NCBI RefSeq assembly: GCF_001194135.2
Contig: NC_069008.1
Location: 16,801,442-16,843,344 of the forward strand
Length of the DNA: 41,903 nucleotides
From: Octopus bimaculoides
Lineage: Eukaryota
Direction of reading: 5' to 3'
Shown here: piece after piece, positions 1-11,574 of the stretch
Layout of the letters: each line of letters starts with the position of its first letter
Position numbering within the stretch: position 1 is the first letter of the stretch
Program-made: the position numbers and the translations under genes
Notes under the pieces: generated by a model
What the model saw: only the letters and a program-made list of their open reading frames with translations
Told to the model about the DNA's origin: nothing
Database searches by the model: none

Positions 1-293
1 TTCTGTAGTACAAATGTCTTGTTTTCATAAGTTCTCAATTAAAATCTTCCACCAAACCTTAGTCACAATTTATGTTCCTAACACTAGCTGAATGATAACG
101 AAGTTATTTTACTAAATTCTTTGTTATGTTTAAAATTAATTGAAAGAAACACAGAGCATCTCAACAGAAATATGGTGACAAAAGGGTTATGATGGTGCTC
201 CAGCATGGCCCCAGTCAAATGACTGAAACAAGTAAAAGAGTAGAGTGAGAGGAGGGATAGAGAGAGAGAGGGTGAGAGAGTGAAACTGCTTAC

Positions 294-1493
294 TTGAAGG
301 CATGTCCGTTGCATCAACAACAAAGATGAATGCATCTAAGCTGCGACAGAGAGCCTTGAGGTGTTCAGACTGAGGCAGATGCCGGAGTTGTTGCAGGCCC
401 TGACGTGCCGCCCTCTCCCGGTCCTTCTTGGCACAGGAATACATCACCGTTAAACTAAACGTTAGATTACTGATGCTCATCAGGAAAAAAGAACCAACAC
501 CTGTGAAAACAACAACAGCAACAACAACATTAACATCAGAAATAAGATGGCAGAATCATTAGCATATGCAGGGCAAAATGCTTAATGACATTTTTCCGTT
601 TTTATGTTCTGAGTTCAAATTCAATCAAGGTCGAGTTTGCCTTTCGTAATTTCAGGGTTGATAAAAAAAAGTACCAGTTACGCAATGGGGTTGAAGTAAT
701 TGAAACTGCAATAAAAAAAAGGGGGTAAAGACCCCCTTCGGTCAAGAATGACCATGGGATTGCACCCAGAAAGTTCCCCTCCAAGGTACAAGTCCAGGCA
801 AGGTTATTCATGGAAAACCAGCAGTGACCAATGCATACCCTCCATTATATGTACATAGGCTAAAGGGTGAAGACCCCCTTCGGTCAAGGATGACCATGGG
901 ATTGCACCTAGAAGGTTCCCCTTTGTGGCACAAGTCTGGGCAAGGTTGCTAATGGAAGACCAGCAATCACCCATGCATATCAGCCTCCCCTCTATATGCC
1001 ACTGGTGTTATCCAAGGGAAAGGCAAAGGGGCTGATACAGCTTGGCACCAGTGACGTCGCAACTCATTTCTACAGTTGAGTGAACTGGAGCAACGTGAAG
1101 TAAAGTGCCTTGCTTAAGAACACAACACACAACCCAGTCCAGGAATCGAACTCTCGCTACCTCATGATTGCAATCCTGATGCTCTAACCACTGAGCCATG
1201 TAACCTGCGATAGTTCCCTTACCAGAAAATGAACCTGGAACGACGCCGTTCTGCTGGAACACTTTGGTAGGATCAGACAATATGTGAGTGATAATCTTGC
1301 TGGTTTTCGACTCGAGACCAGGTCCAAAGATTCCGATCTTGGGGGTGGTCATTTGGAAGAATGTCGAGAGTAAAGAATTGAGATTCCATCCTGAAGACTT
1401 CGGTTTCTGCAAGGCTGGACAGCAATGTCGGTAACTGGCGACGGTTTAGGAATGAAAGAGAAAAAGAAAGAGGGAAGTAAATACAAATGGGAT

Positions 1494-1540
<47 letters not shown>

Positions 1541-3692
1541 NNNNNNNNNNNNNNNNNNNNNNNNNNNNNNNNNNNNNNNNNNNNNNNNNNNNNNNNNNNN
1601 NNNNNNNNNNNNNNNNNNNNNNNNNNNNNNNNNNNNNNNNNNNNNNNNNNNNNNNNNNNNNNNNNNNNNNNNNNNNNNNNNNNNNNNNNNNNNNNNNNNN
1701 NNNNNNNNNNNNNNNNNNNNNNNNNNNNNNNNNNNNNNNNNNNNNNNNNNNNNNNNNNNNNNNNNNNNNNNNNNNNNNNNNNNNNNNNNNNNNNNNNNNN
1801 NNNNNNNNNNNNNNNNNNNNNNNNNNNNNNNNNNNNNNNNNNNNNNNNNNNNNNNNNNNNNNNNNNNNNNNNNNNNNNNNNNNNNNNNNNNNNNNNNNNN
1901 NNNNNNNNNNNNNNNNNNNNNNNNNNNNNNNNNNNNNNNNNNNNNNNNNNNNNNNNNNNNNNNNNNNNNNNNNNNNNNNNNNNNNNNNNNNNNNNNNNNN
2001 NNNNNNNNNNNNNNNNNNNNNNNNNNNNNNNNNNNNNNNNNNNNNNNNNNNNNNNNNNNNNNNNNNNNNNNNNNNNNNNNNNNNNNNNNNNNNNNNNNNN
2101 NNNNNNNNNNNNNNNNNNNNNNNNNNNNNNNNNNNNNNNNNNNNNNNNNNNNNNNNNNNNNNNNNNNNNNNNNNNNNNNNNNNNNNNNNNNNNNNNNNNN
2201 NNNNNNNNNNNNNNNNNNNNNNNNNNNNNNNNNNNNNNNNNNNNNNNNNNNNNNNNNNNNNNNNNNNNNNNNNNNNNNNNNNNNNNNNNNNNNNNNNNNN
2301 NNNNNNNNNNNNNNNNNNNNNNNNNNNNNNNNNNNNNNNNNNNNNNNNNNNNNNNNNNNNNNNNNNNNNNNNNNNNNNNNNNNNNNNNNNNNNNNNNNNN
2401 NNNNNNNNNNNNNNTTATTTGTTTACTTGTTTCAGTCATTAGACTGGGGCCATGCTGGAGCACCATCTCGGACAATTCTTAGTCAGATTAGTTGACTCAT
2501 TTATTTTTAATTTTTCAAGGCTAGTACTTATTCTAAAAGTCTTTTTTGCTCACCCACTACGTCATAGGGATGTAAACACACTAACAGCGGTTATCAAGTG
2601 GTGGTGGAAGGAACAAACACAAAGACACATACACTTATACACCCAAGGCACCCCTTCCCACACACACACACATGCCCAATGGTAGGACTGAACTAAGAAC
2701 CACATGGATGTGAAGCAGACTCCTTAACCCCCCGCCCCAGCCCTGCCGTGGTCATGCTTCCACCCCACTCCCAACCCCCAACTCTCATATTCAGAAACTT
2801 ACATTTTCTTATGGGTCCAGGGTGGCTCGAATTCTTTACACAAGTCCGGGTTGGTGTCGTAGCTAATCGTGTTCCACGTCTTGACGTCCCTCCTGAGCAA
2901 ACGGTTCCACAGGAAATCCAAGGAGGTCAGGCACTGCCAGTGTTTGGACACATGTGCGCAGGTGCAAAGATCCTTGGCACCAAGGTAGGAAAATATCTGT
3001 AACTTCATCTCTTGCTGGATATTCAACAAAAGACAGAATAATAACAAAAATTAATTATGCTGATAATAATAATAATGATAATAATAATAATAATAATAAT
3101 ATATTCACAGACACGGCAGAGCTGGGACCTATATACACTGGAAGCTATGCCAACACTATGGAATAACAACAGAAAAAAGATGGTATAAACACAAGCCAGA
3201 AAAGGTCACAGAAAACGAGAAAGCAACCATACTCTGGGATATGCCAATACACACAGATAGAGAAATTAAGGCAAATAGACCAGATATAGTTGTCAGAGAT
3301 CATGAAGGAAAAAAATGCTTTCTAATAGATGTATCAATACCAGCAGATGACAACGTTTCCCTAAAAGAAATGGAAAAACTTTCAAAATACAAAGACCTGG
3401 AAATAGAGGTAACTCGAATGTGGAATNNNNNNNNNNNNNNNNNNNNNNNNNNNNNNNNNNNNNNNNNNNNNNNNNNNNNNNNNNNNNNNNNNNNNNNNNN
3501 NNNNNNNNNNNNNNNNNNNNNNNNNNNNNNNNNNNNNNNNNNNNNNNNNNNNNNNNNNNNNNNNNNNNNNNNNNNNNNNNNNNNNNNNNNNNNNNNNNNN
3601 NNNNNNNNNNNNNNNNNNNNNNNNNNNNNNNNNNNNNNNNNNNNNNNNNNNNNNNNNNNNNNNNNNNNNNNNNNNNNNNNNNNNNNNNNNNN

Positions 3693-3748
<56 letters not shown>

Positions 3749-4652
3749 GCCCGGATGCAGTAACAAGCAGTGGCTCTCATGGCTTCTGACCTTAATTGAT
3801 TGGAAATGTTATCATGTACGTTGTTTTGTCTTGGTATAAAAAGATGGGCTACAGCAAATATTCTGCTTAATACCACAGATTTGCTTGTCAGTTGTTTGAC
3901 CTTAACCAGTTGAGCATGTCCCTTGGTGGCTGACGATATGTGCATCTCTGATCATGAGCAGAAGTAGTGGGGGAACATCATAGCCATGTATTGAGAGGAA
4001 TTCTTTGGGGGTTTGAATAATTCAACTTTGGAAACATGGGTGTTTAGCTCAACATCCTTAAACAAACCTTATTCAGGGACCTTTTGAGCGGGATGAGCTA
4101 CTCGACCTGAAGAAAATTCTAACTGGGCCCCACCTGCGAGGTCATGCGCCGTTTCTCTTCATATGATATGGAGTAGTCGGAATGCTAAGGGGTTAAGGTA
4201 TTTCTGCTGATAGCAAGAACATGGCGTGACAGGGTTAATAAAATAAAGGATTGTCTGATAATGGTGGTAGGGGCTTATTTGATTAAATAGTCAGTCCCCA
4301 TTATTAAAATAAATGCAAATAAGAACATAAAGGGATCGTATTTACCGGGAGCATGTCAAACGTAAGCACGAGTTCATTGGTTGAAGCTGTCATGGCGGAG
4401 TATTCTCGCGGAGATTGTGACTGCGTGGTGCTGTTGCCATGGTTACCGATACCACCGGTCACCTGATGCTGAGAAGGGGTCATCGAATTCGACGGCAGTT
4501 TGTGCAGGTTCCTTTGCAGTCCACCTATGGAGACAAAGTGGTCGTCGCTGTTGATGAGGTCTTTGTAAAGATGCAGGAGAGCATCCATGTTTGAGGTGTC
4601 GAGAAGTCCTTCAGTCATGGTGGTGGTGGCGGTGGTGGCAGTCGTTGGTGGT
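294..4652 (-). CDS. FBXO4: F-box only protein 4 (partial, spliced). Exons on the minus strand: >4652..4346, 3014..2803, 1434..1223, 500..294; continues beyond base 1
   Basis: GT-AG exons with consistent phases (0,2,1,1). Spliced product: ...LTFDMLP|QEMKLQIFSYLGAKDLCTCAHVSKHW (F-box)...HKK|IYRHCCP...KIGIFGPGLE...SFS|GVGSFFLMSISNLTFSLTVMYSCAKKDRERA...LDAFIFVVDA. This follows the FBXO4 motif order (F-box, YRxCCP, FGPGLE, GxGS, LYS..K.R.RA, DGFIYV). The start codon is uncertain (Met at 4618 or upstream in the gap). Confidence 0.9.
722..1010 (+). repeat. Two tandem copies of a ~125-bp dispersed repeat (GACCCCCTTCGGTCA.GAATGACCATGGGATTGCACC...); relatives at 41160-41280(+) and 25262-25310(-)
   Basis: Direct comparison of 722-840 with 866-990. 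Confidence 0.8.
3100..3426 (+). mobile_element. 5'-truncated RLE-type non-LTR retrotransposon (R4/Dong-like) 3' fragment
   Basis: RH..GTYIHWKLCQHY...ILWDMPIHTDREIKANRPDIVV...LIDVSIP...EKLSKYKDL (PD-(D/E)xK restriction-like endonuclease). (TAA)n at the 5' junction (about 3062-3100) and after the gap (3693-3745). Confidence 0.85.
3745..4180. repeat. Dispersed repeat also present inverted at about 33230-33480 and 41600-41903 (the last with an internal ~110-bp duplication, period 130)
   Basis: Shared GCAAATATTCTGCT.AATACCACAGATTTGCTTGTCAGTTG and CATGATAACA.TTCCAATCA segments. Confidence 0.75.
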
Positions 4653-5238
4653 NNNNNNNNNNNNNNNNNNNNNNNNNNNNNNNNNNNNNNNNNNNNNNNN
4701 NNNNNNNNNNNNNNNNNNNNNNNNNNNNNNNNNNNNNNNNNNNNNNNNNNNNNNNNNNNNNNNNNNNNNNNNNNNNNNNNNNNNNNNNNNNNNNNNNNNN
4801 NNNNNNNNNNNNNNNNNNNNNNNNNNNNNNNNNNNNNNNNNNNNNNNNNNNNNNNNNNNNNNNNNNNNNNNNNNNNNNNNNNNNNNNNNNNNNNNNNNNN
4901 NNNNNNNNNNNNNNNNNNNNNNNNNNNNNNNNNNNNNNNNNNNNNNNNNNNNNNNNNNNNNNNNNNNNNNNNNNNNNNNNNNNNNNNNNNNNNNNNNNNN
5001 NNNNNNNNNNNNNNNNNNNNNNNNNNNNNNNNNNNNNNNNNNNNNNNNNNNNNNNNNNNNNNNNNNNNNNNNNNNNNNNNNNNNNNNNNNNNNNNNNNNN
5101 NNNNNNNNNNNNNNNNNNNNNNNNNNNNNNNNNNNNNNNNNNNNNNNNNNNNNNNNNNNNNNNNNNNNNNNNNNNNNNNNNNNNNNNNNNNNNNNNNNNN
5201 NNNNNNNNNNNNNNNNNNNNNNNNNNNNNNNNNNNNNN

Positions 5239-5277
<39 letters not shown>

Positions 5278-5841
5278 TATATGTATGTATATATATACGA
5301 TGGGCTTCTTTCAGTTTCCATCTACCAAATCCACTCAAAAGTGTGTGGTCAGCCCAAGGCTATAGTAGAAGACACTTGCCCAAGGTACCATGCTGTGGGA
5401 CTGAACTTGGAACCATCTGGTTGGGAAGCAAGCTTCTTACCAAACACCCACGCGTACGCCTGGGGGCGAAATTAAAATTTTAAAATTAAGTTTNNNNNNN
5501 NNNGGGGGGGGAGAAGGGACAGGAAATCGAAATCCGCTGCCAATGAAAACAGGAACCTGGGCCAACATGCAAGATAAACTTCGATTTGGGATTTGGTTTG
5601 CAAGATTCTTTACGTGAATTCTTGTGTTGAAACGTCATGGGTCAGTGATTACGCCAAATATTAATAACACACGCACTGATTCAAATTCCACTCCTTTACT
5701 ATTAGTTAATCAATTAAATACCTAACTTATTAAATCAATTGTTTGTTTAACTTGTTGGTTAAGTTGTCAGTTGTTTGTTTTGTTTCCGTTTGTTATTTGT
5801 AAACACAGGAGTGGTACGAAATATAGCCAACAAGTTAAATC

Positions 5842-6050
5842 GGCGAGCTGGCAGAAGCGTTAGCACACAGGGCGAAATGCTTAGCGGTATTTTGTCTGTC
5901 TTTACGTTCTGAGTTCAAATTCCGCCGAGGTCGACTTTGCCTTTCATCCTTTCGGGGTCGATAAATTAAGTACTAGTCGCGTACTGAGGTCGATCTAATC
6001 GACTGGCACCCTCCCTCAAGAATTTCGGGCCTTGTGCCTTGAGTAGAAAA
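5842..6050 (+). mobile_element. tRNA-headed SINE family B (representative copy). Others at about 545-720, 13895-14030, 14062-14260, 15260-15565, 15898-16345, 16375-16560, 19483-19700, 19790-19880, 25015-25220, 37010-37180
   Basis: TGGCAGAATCGTTAGC (A box)...GAGTTCAAATTCC (B box)...GGTCGACTTTGCCTTTCATCC...AAGTACCAGT; usually flanked by (ATT)n. Confidence 0.88.
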
Positions 6051-6216
6051 GAAAAGGGCGATCCTTCGATATATAGCCAAGAAGTTTGCATCTCAACTAC
6101 ATGGTTCCGGGTTCAATCCCATTGCGTGGCACCTTGGGCACTTGTCTTCTACAATAGCTTCGGGCTGACCAAATCTTTGAGTGAATTTGGTAGACAGAAA
6201 CTGAAAGAAGCCTGTT

Positions 6217-6279
<63 letters not shown>

Positions 6280-7019
6280 CACACACACACACACACACAC
6301 ACACAGGTATGTGTGTGTGTGTGTGTGTTTGTCCACACCGCCGCTTGAGACCCGGTGCTGGTTTGTACACATCCCAGTAACTTAACGTGTTCGTCAAAAG
6401 GCACTGATAGTTTAAGTACCAGACTTATACTGGGGTCGATTCGTTCAATTAAACCCCTTTTCAGGTGGTGCCCCAGCATGGCCACAGTCTAATGACTGGA
6501 AACATTTAAAAGATAGAAAGATAAATATGACATTGTACTTACATGTTTGTTTGTGATCGAAAAAAACTTTCCGAGATTTCGTATCGAATTAACCAAACAA
6601 CAACAGTGAGGAGGAAAAAGGTACAGTTGTAATAATTGCGCTGAATACGAGGGTAACTGTAATTGTCGTTGTCTTGGTAGGAGACACAGAGAAGTCGAGG
6701 GTTCGATCCCGAAGGTGGAAGTCTTCTGGTCAATAAAGAAGAAACAACAAACACGAGTATCGAGTTGTAGGAAACTCTCAAAAGACCTGAATAGCGGGTT
6801 TTCGGAGGAGGACCCCTCCTCAGGGCAGTGCTTGGGCCCTTAAGTTCTTGAACTGTTAATGAGCTTTTAATTAAAGTACCTGAAGTAATTGTTTTTCGTT
6901 TGTTTGTTTGTTTGTTTGTTGTTTTTTTTTTCTTTCGTTGTGGCCAATAAAACGAGTGATGTCTTTCTCAAAGTCTGATTTATTGTGTTTTTGTGGGTTG
7001 TTTAGATGCTGGAAGAAGG

Positions 7020-7750
7020 AAATACATATTAGATAGGAAGAGAAGGAGGGGAATAAAGAGGAGGACAGGATGAAGGAGTGAGGAGTTATGAGAGAGAGAG
7101 AATGAAAGAGAGACGAGAAGACGGGGTGAGAGAAAGAGAGAGAGGAAGAGAAAGTGAGAGGGTGAAAAGGAGAGAAAAGTGGAGAAAGAGTGAGTTGTGA
7201 GTGAAGAAGAATGAGACTGAGTGTAAGAGATTGAAGGGGAGGAGAGAAAATGGTGGTCAAAGAGAGGGAGGGAGAATGGAGGGAGAGACAGAAATGGGAA
7301 GGTATTGAGAGAGGGGGAGAGGGAGCAAGGTCAGCATGAAAGAGTGAGGTACGAGCGAAGGGGAGAAAGAAAGAGATAAAGAGGGGGGAGAAAAGGAAGA
7401 ACGCGAAGAAAGTAAAGGGAGAGGGAGATGGGAAACGGAAAGAGTGACGTATAAGTGAAGGAGAGAGCGAAAGAAAGATATTAAGTGGGGAGAGAGAGAG
7501 CGGGGAGTAGGAGGAGGGGAGAAAGAGACAGCATAGAAGGGAAACGGAAGAAGAGTTGTCACTGGAAAGAGTGAGGAAGAATTATATGAGAGAGAGAGGG
7601 GGAGAGAGTGAAAGAAAGAAAGACACAGAGAGAGGGAAGAAAGAGCGAATGACGGAAAAATATGAGTGTGAAAGAGAGGGAGAGCAAAGGGAGGAGGAGT
7701 AAAAGGAAATGAAAGAGAGAGAAAGAGAATGGAAGAGAGAGAGAGCAAAC
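7020..7750. repeat. Polypurine (GA-rich) low-complexity tract
   Basis: About 730 nt almost entirely G/A on the plus strand. Confidence 0.9.
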
Positions 7751-9824
7751 AGGACTTTGAATGTGTGAATGTATGCGTATGTGTGTGTGTGTGTGTGTGC
7801 TATTTATAGGCTGGCGGTGACGTAACTTTGACAACTGGTAAACTTCCAGCGTGGAATTGGCTGCCGTGGGGACCCCTACGTGGTCGCCAGGTCTGCTAGA
7901 AATAGCAACAAAATTCTTTCTAGGTCATAGCTGTGTGGTGAAGAAGCTAGCTTCGCAACTGTGTGGTCTTGAGTTCAGTCCCACTGCGCATTGTTGTTGA
8001 AGAAATCGATCCCCACCAGGACTTATTCTTTGGAAGCCTAGTACTTATTCTATCGGTCTCTTTTTGCCGAACCGCTAAGTTACGGGGACGTAAACACACC
8101 AGCATCGGTTGTCAAGCGATGGTGGTGGGAGGGACAAACACAGACACAAAGACACACACACGCATACATATACGAAGGGCTTCTTTCAGTTTCCGTCAGC
8201 CAAATCCACTCATAAGGCTTTGGTCGGCCCAAGGCTGTTGTAGAAGACACTTGCCCAAGGTGTCAAGTGATGGGACTGAACCCGGAACCATGTGGTTGGA
8301 AAACAAGTTTTTTCTTTCTTTACCGTAGAAAATTTCATTAAAAATTACCCATTTTTCTGGAAGTTATGAGGAAACAAATTCGTGTGTGTTTATGTGTGTG
8401 TGTGTGTGTTTATGTGTGTGTGTGTTTATGTGTGAGGGTACACTTGTCTAGGTATGCCATAAAATTTATTTTTGTTTCAAGACATATATGAATTTCGTTT
8501 CGTCTACCGGATATCAAAGTCTATTTTTGTATTTACTCCAGTCTCGAAGTATCTAAAACTATTTTGTTACTTCAATTCCCCCCCTTTTTTTTTCTTTCTT
8601 TTTTTGCTGACTTTGATTTCTTCCGAAGTTTCCTTTAATTCTTTCTTTTCACGCTGTAACCTTAAAATACATAATAAAAGTATGTTATGATTCGAAAGCG
8701 ATCTGACTTCTATTTCTAGCAGACGAAGCGATCAGGTAAAGAGCCCTCACTTCCCCCTCACACCATCTCCTTGACGCTATCCGCATCCGGACGGCGTGCA
8801 GAACTGTCAAGAGGAGATAATTACATAATTGGATGTTACAGAAATACTTATTGCCAGATAGGTGGCGCTGAAATACGGAAGATTATTTCCGACGCTAATC
8901 GTCACCATTACACAATACCCAAACTTAATCCTTACCATTAATATTCCTGTCGTTTATTGTTACCATTCCCTTTGCAGACGCTAATCTTTACAATTAATAT
9001 TCTTGGCGGTAAATAGTCACTATCACCATTTTCCACGGCAACCATTGCGATAACCATTTCCGACGCTGATCGTCAGCATTGCCCTTACAGACGCCATTCT
9101 AAACCTTTATCATATCTGTCGATATGATAACCATTTTCTCTCACTAATCAATTAACATTACAATTTTCGAAGGTAATCCTGAATATTGCCAGGTCCCGAC
9201 GCTAATCGTTACCGTTGCAATTTCCGACGCAAATCGTTGATTAAGGGAAATCTAACTTCTATTTCTAGCAAACCTAGCGACCACGTAAAGACCCACCCCG
9301 GTATCTCAACCCCCTCACACCATCTCTGTCGTTCTATTGAACGTCCGGACGGCGTGGTTAGAGTCGTAAAGGGGGAGATAATTACAATGATACATACAGC
9401 TTAGTTGTCAGTATAAATAGTTAGGTGTCGCTACTCGTATAGTGAAAGAGCAGTGCAGCACAAGGCATCATGGTAATTGGATAATTTTCTTTTTTTCCAC
9501 CTTTTTTCAAATATCTTTTCGTGTGGAAATTTCTATTCTTGTTACCGTGGAAAAAAATTTCTTAAATATATTTATTATCTTTATCGTGTCTAAAATATTT
9601 CTGTCGATATCGGCTTCTTATAGTGTGCTCTGTACGTTATGTCGTGATGTGAATGATGGTGATGATGTCTTGAAGTTAATATTTCTTTCGTGTGGGAAAC
9701 CCTTTTTCTAGAATCCTGATGAATGTCTCCCTCTCTTATTTACGACTCTGATTTTACCGGTCATCTAATGTCAGAATATCTGTAAGCCAACCTTGTAGCA
9801 ACTTCCCCTTTCACTTCTTTCTCT

Positions 9825-10175
9825 CTTTCTGTGTCCCTATCTCTCCCCTTCCTCTCTTTCCCCTCCCTTTGTCTCTCTCTGATTTTTTCCCTTTCCCTCC
9901 CTTTATATTCCTTTCTATCTATCCATCTCCCTCTCGCTCATTCTTTCTGTGTCCCTATCTCTCCCCTTCCTCTCTTTCCCCTCCGTTTGTCTCTCTGATT
10001 TTTTCCCTTTCCCTCCCTTTATATTCCTCTCTATCTATCCATCCCCCTCTCGCTCATTCTTTCTGTGTCCCTATCTCTCTCCCTTCCTCCCTCCCTCCCT
10101 TTGTCTCTCTCTGATTTTTTTTGCCTTTCCCTCCCTTTATATTCCTCTCTATCTATCCGTCTCTCTCTCTTTTTC
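9825..10175. repeat. Pyrimidine-rich ~117-bp tandem repeat, 3 copies
   Basis: CTTTCTGTGTCCCTATCTCTC recurs at 9825, 9943 and 10059. Confidence 0.85.
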
Positions 10176-10406
10176 ACTTTCTCCATTCAACGAGGGAAAA
10201 AACCCCGTGCACGGTGTGGTAGCTCGGCCTGCTAGGAATAGCAGCTAAACTCTCCCCCGACGCACGTAATAACCCTTTTAAAGGAAAGAAGGAAAAAAAA
10301 CAAACAAACAATGTAATTATACACACATGCATATATAGACCATCGCCCTTCTCACCATACACATATACGACTGGATGGCCTCGGTTGGAACTCCTCTTCG
10401 TCACAG

Positions 10407-10509
10407 GTCTTCTCTTTCTGGGCTGACCTCAGGCCAAACAACAGCGATCTGGAATTAATTCCGGCAGAATCTTCCATCACTGGACCGCAAACACCACCAA
10501 CTCCATTGG
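10407..10509 (+). other. Candidate non-coding 5' UTR exon of GTF3A
   Basis: Acceptor ctcctcttcgtcacAG at 10405-10406 and donor TGG|GTAAAT at 10510; no ATG in the exon; an acceptor is available at 11550 just before the GTF3A ATG. Confidence 0.4.
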
Positions 10510-11574
10510 GTAAATCACGCATTCTTGGCATAACTATATACACACTACGATTTATACATACATACACACATGCATGATTCCGAACAATATGTAAATATAT
10601 TCAAATTAACTCCGGGGAAAGCACCTGCCCTTTGCTGGCATTTTTGCGTAGAAACCACGTTTGTGTATATATATATATGTAATGTTTGTGTATATAGTTA
10701 TTCCATGTGTATATACATACTGACTATAAAGCACTTAACACAGTAACAAGGCTTTATCATCTTGGTGTGTGTATATGTATGTATATGAATGTATGTATGC
10801 ACACACTCACGCAGACGTGTATATATATATAGATGAGAAATTATGCTAAACATTGGACTATTGTATTCTACATGGAACTCTAAAACTCACCAGTACCAGT
10901 TTTACCTCTAGCTGTACATACACCATATAACACTATATATATGCGTTTAAAATATACATCATAGACGTGTATATAACGAACTATCTATATATACCCGGTT
11001 ATCGTACCCGTACATATACACAAGAACTGAAGATTTTGGTATTATATTATGGATACAAAGAACCAAGCGATGACAATTTTGTTGTAATTAAGCATGATTA
11101 TCTTTCGTTTCATTTATGCCTCATTCTTTGATTAATTATTACATCTAAATTACCTTCCAAGGCCTGCTATTTCATTTTTTTTTTTTTTTAATGAAATGTT
11201 CTTCTACCCTAAACGGTAGAATTCCAGACTGTCTCCCTCCACCGGCGCCTAATTCTTCACGCCATCAAATTTTATTCCACTCTTTTGAATTCATACGTAT
11301 AACTTTTAACTGACCGAACATCAATAATTCCCCGAATTCCTCTGTTAATACCATTTTTTTTCTCTCTCCATTTCTGCAAGACTGTATAAGATAAACTGCT
11401 TGCACAGGTGTGCCACCGAACATTATGTCATTTAATTAACTTGTGCCATATCCCACCTTATTCCCTCCATTTTTTTTTTCACTGTCTTTTACTGCCGCAA
11501 GGCTCATTAGGCTGAAATCAGACATTTTTTATGTTTTTGTCTACGTTTAGGTATATATATCTTGAACCTACGGA

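Noticed and set aside
6660-6715. tRNA gene around GGTTCGATCCC
   Set aside because: No acceptor stem or cloverleaf can be folded; kept only as an isolated B box.
6871-7834. Ser/Leu/Phe-rich ORFs on the minus strand
   Set aside because: Translation of the GA/CT low-complexity tract; no splice or homology support.
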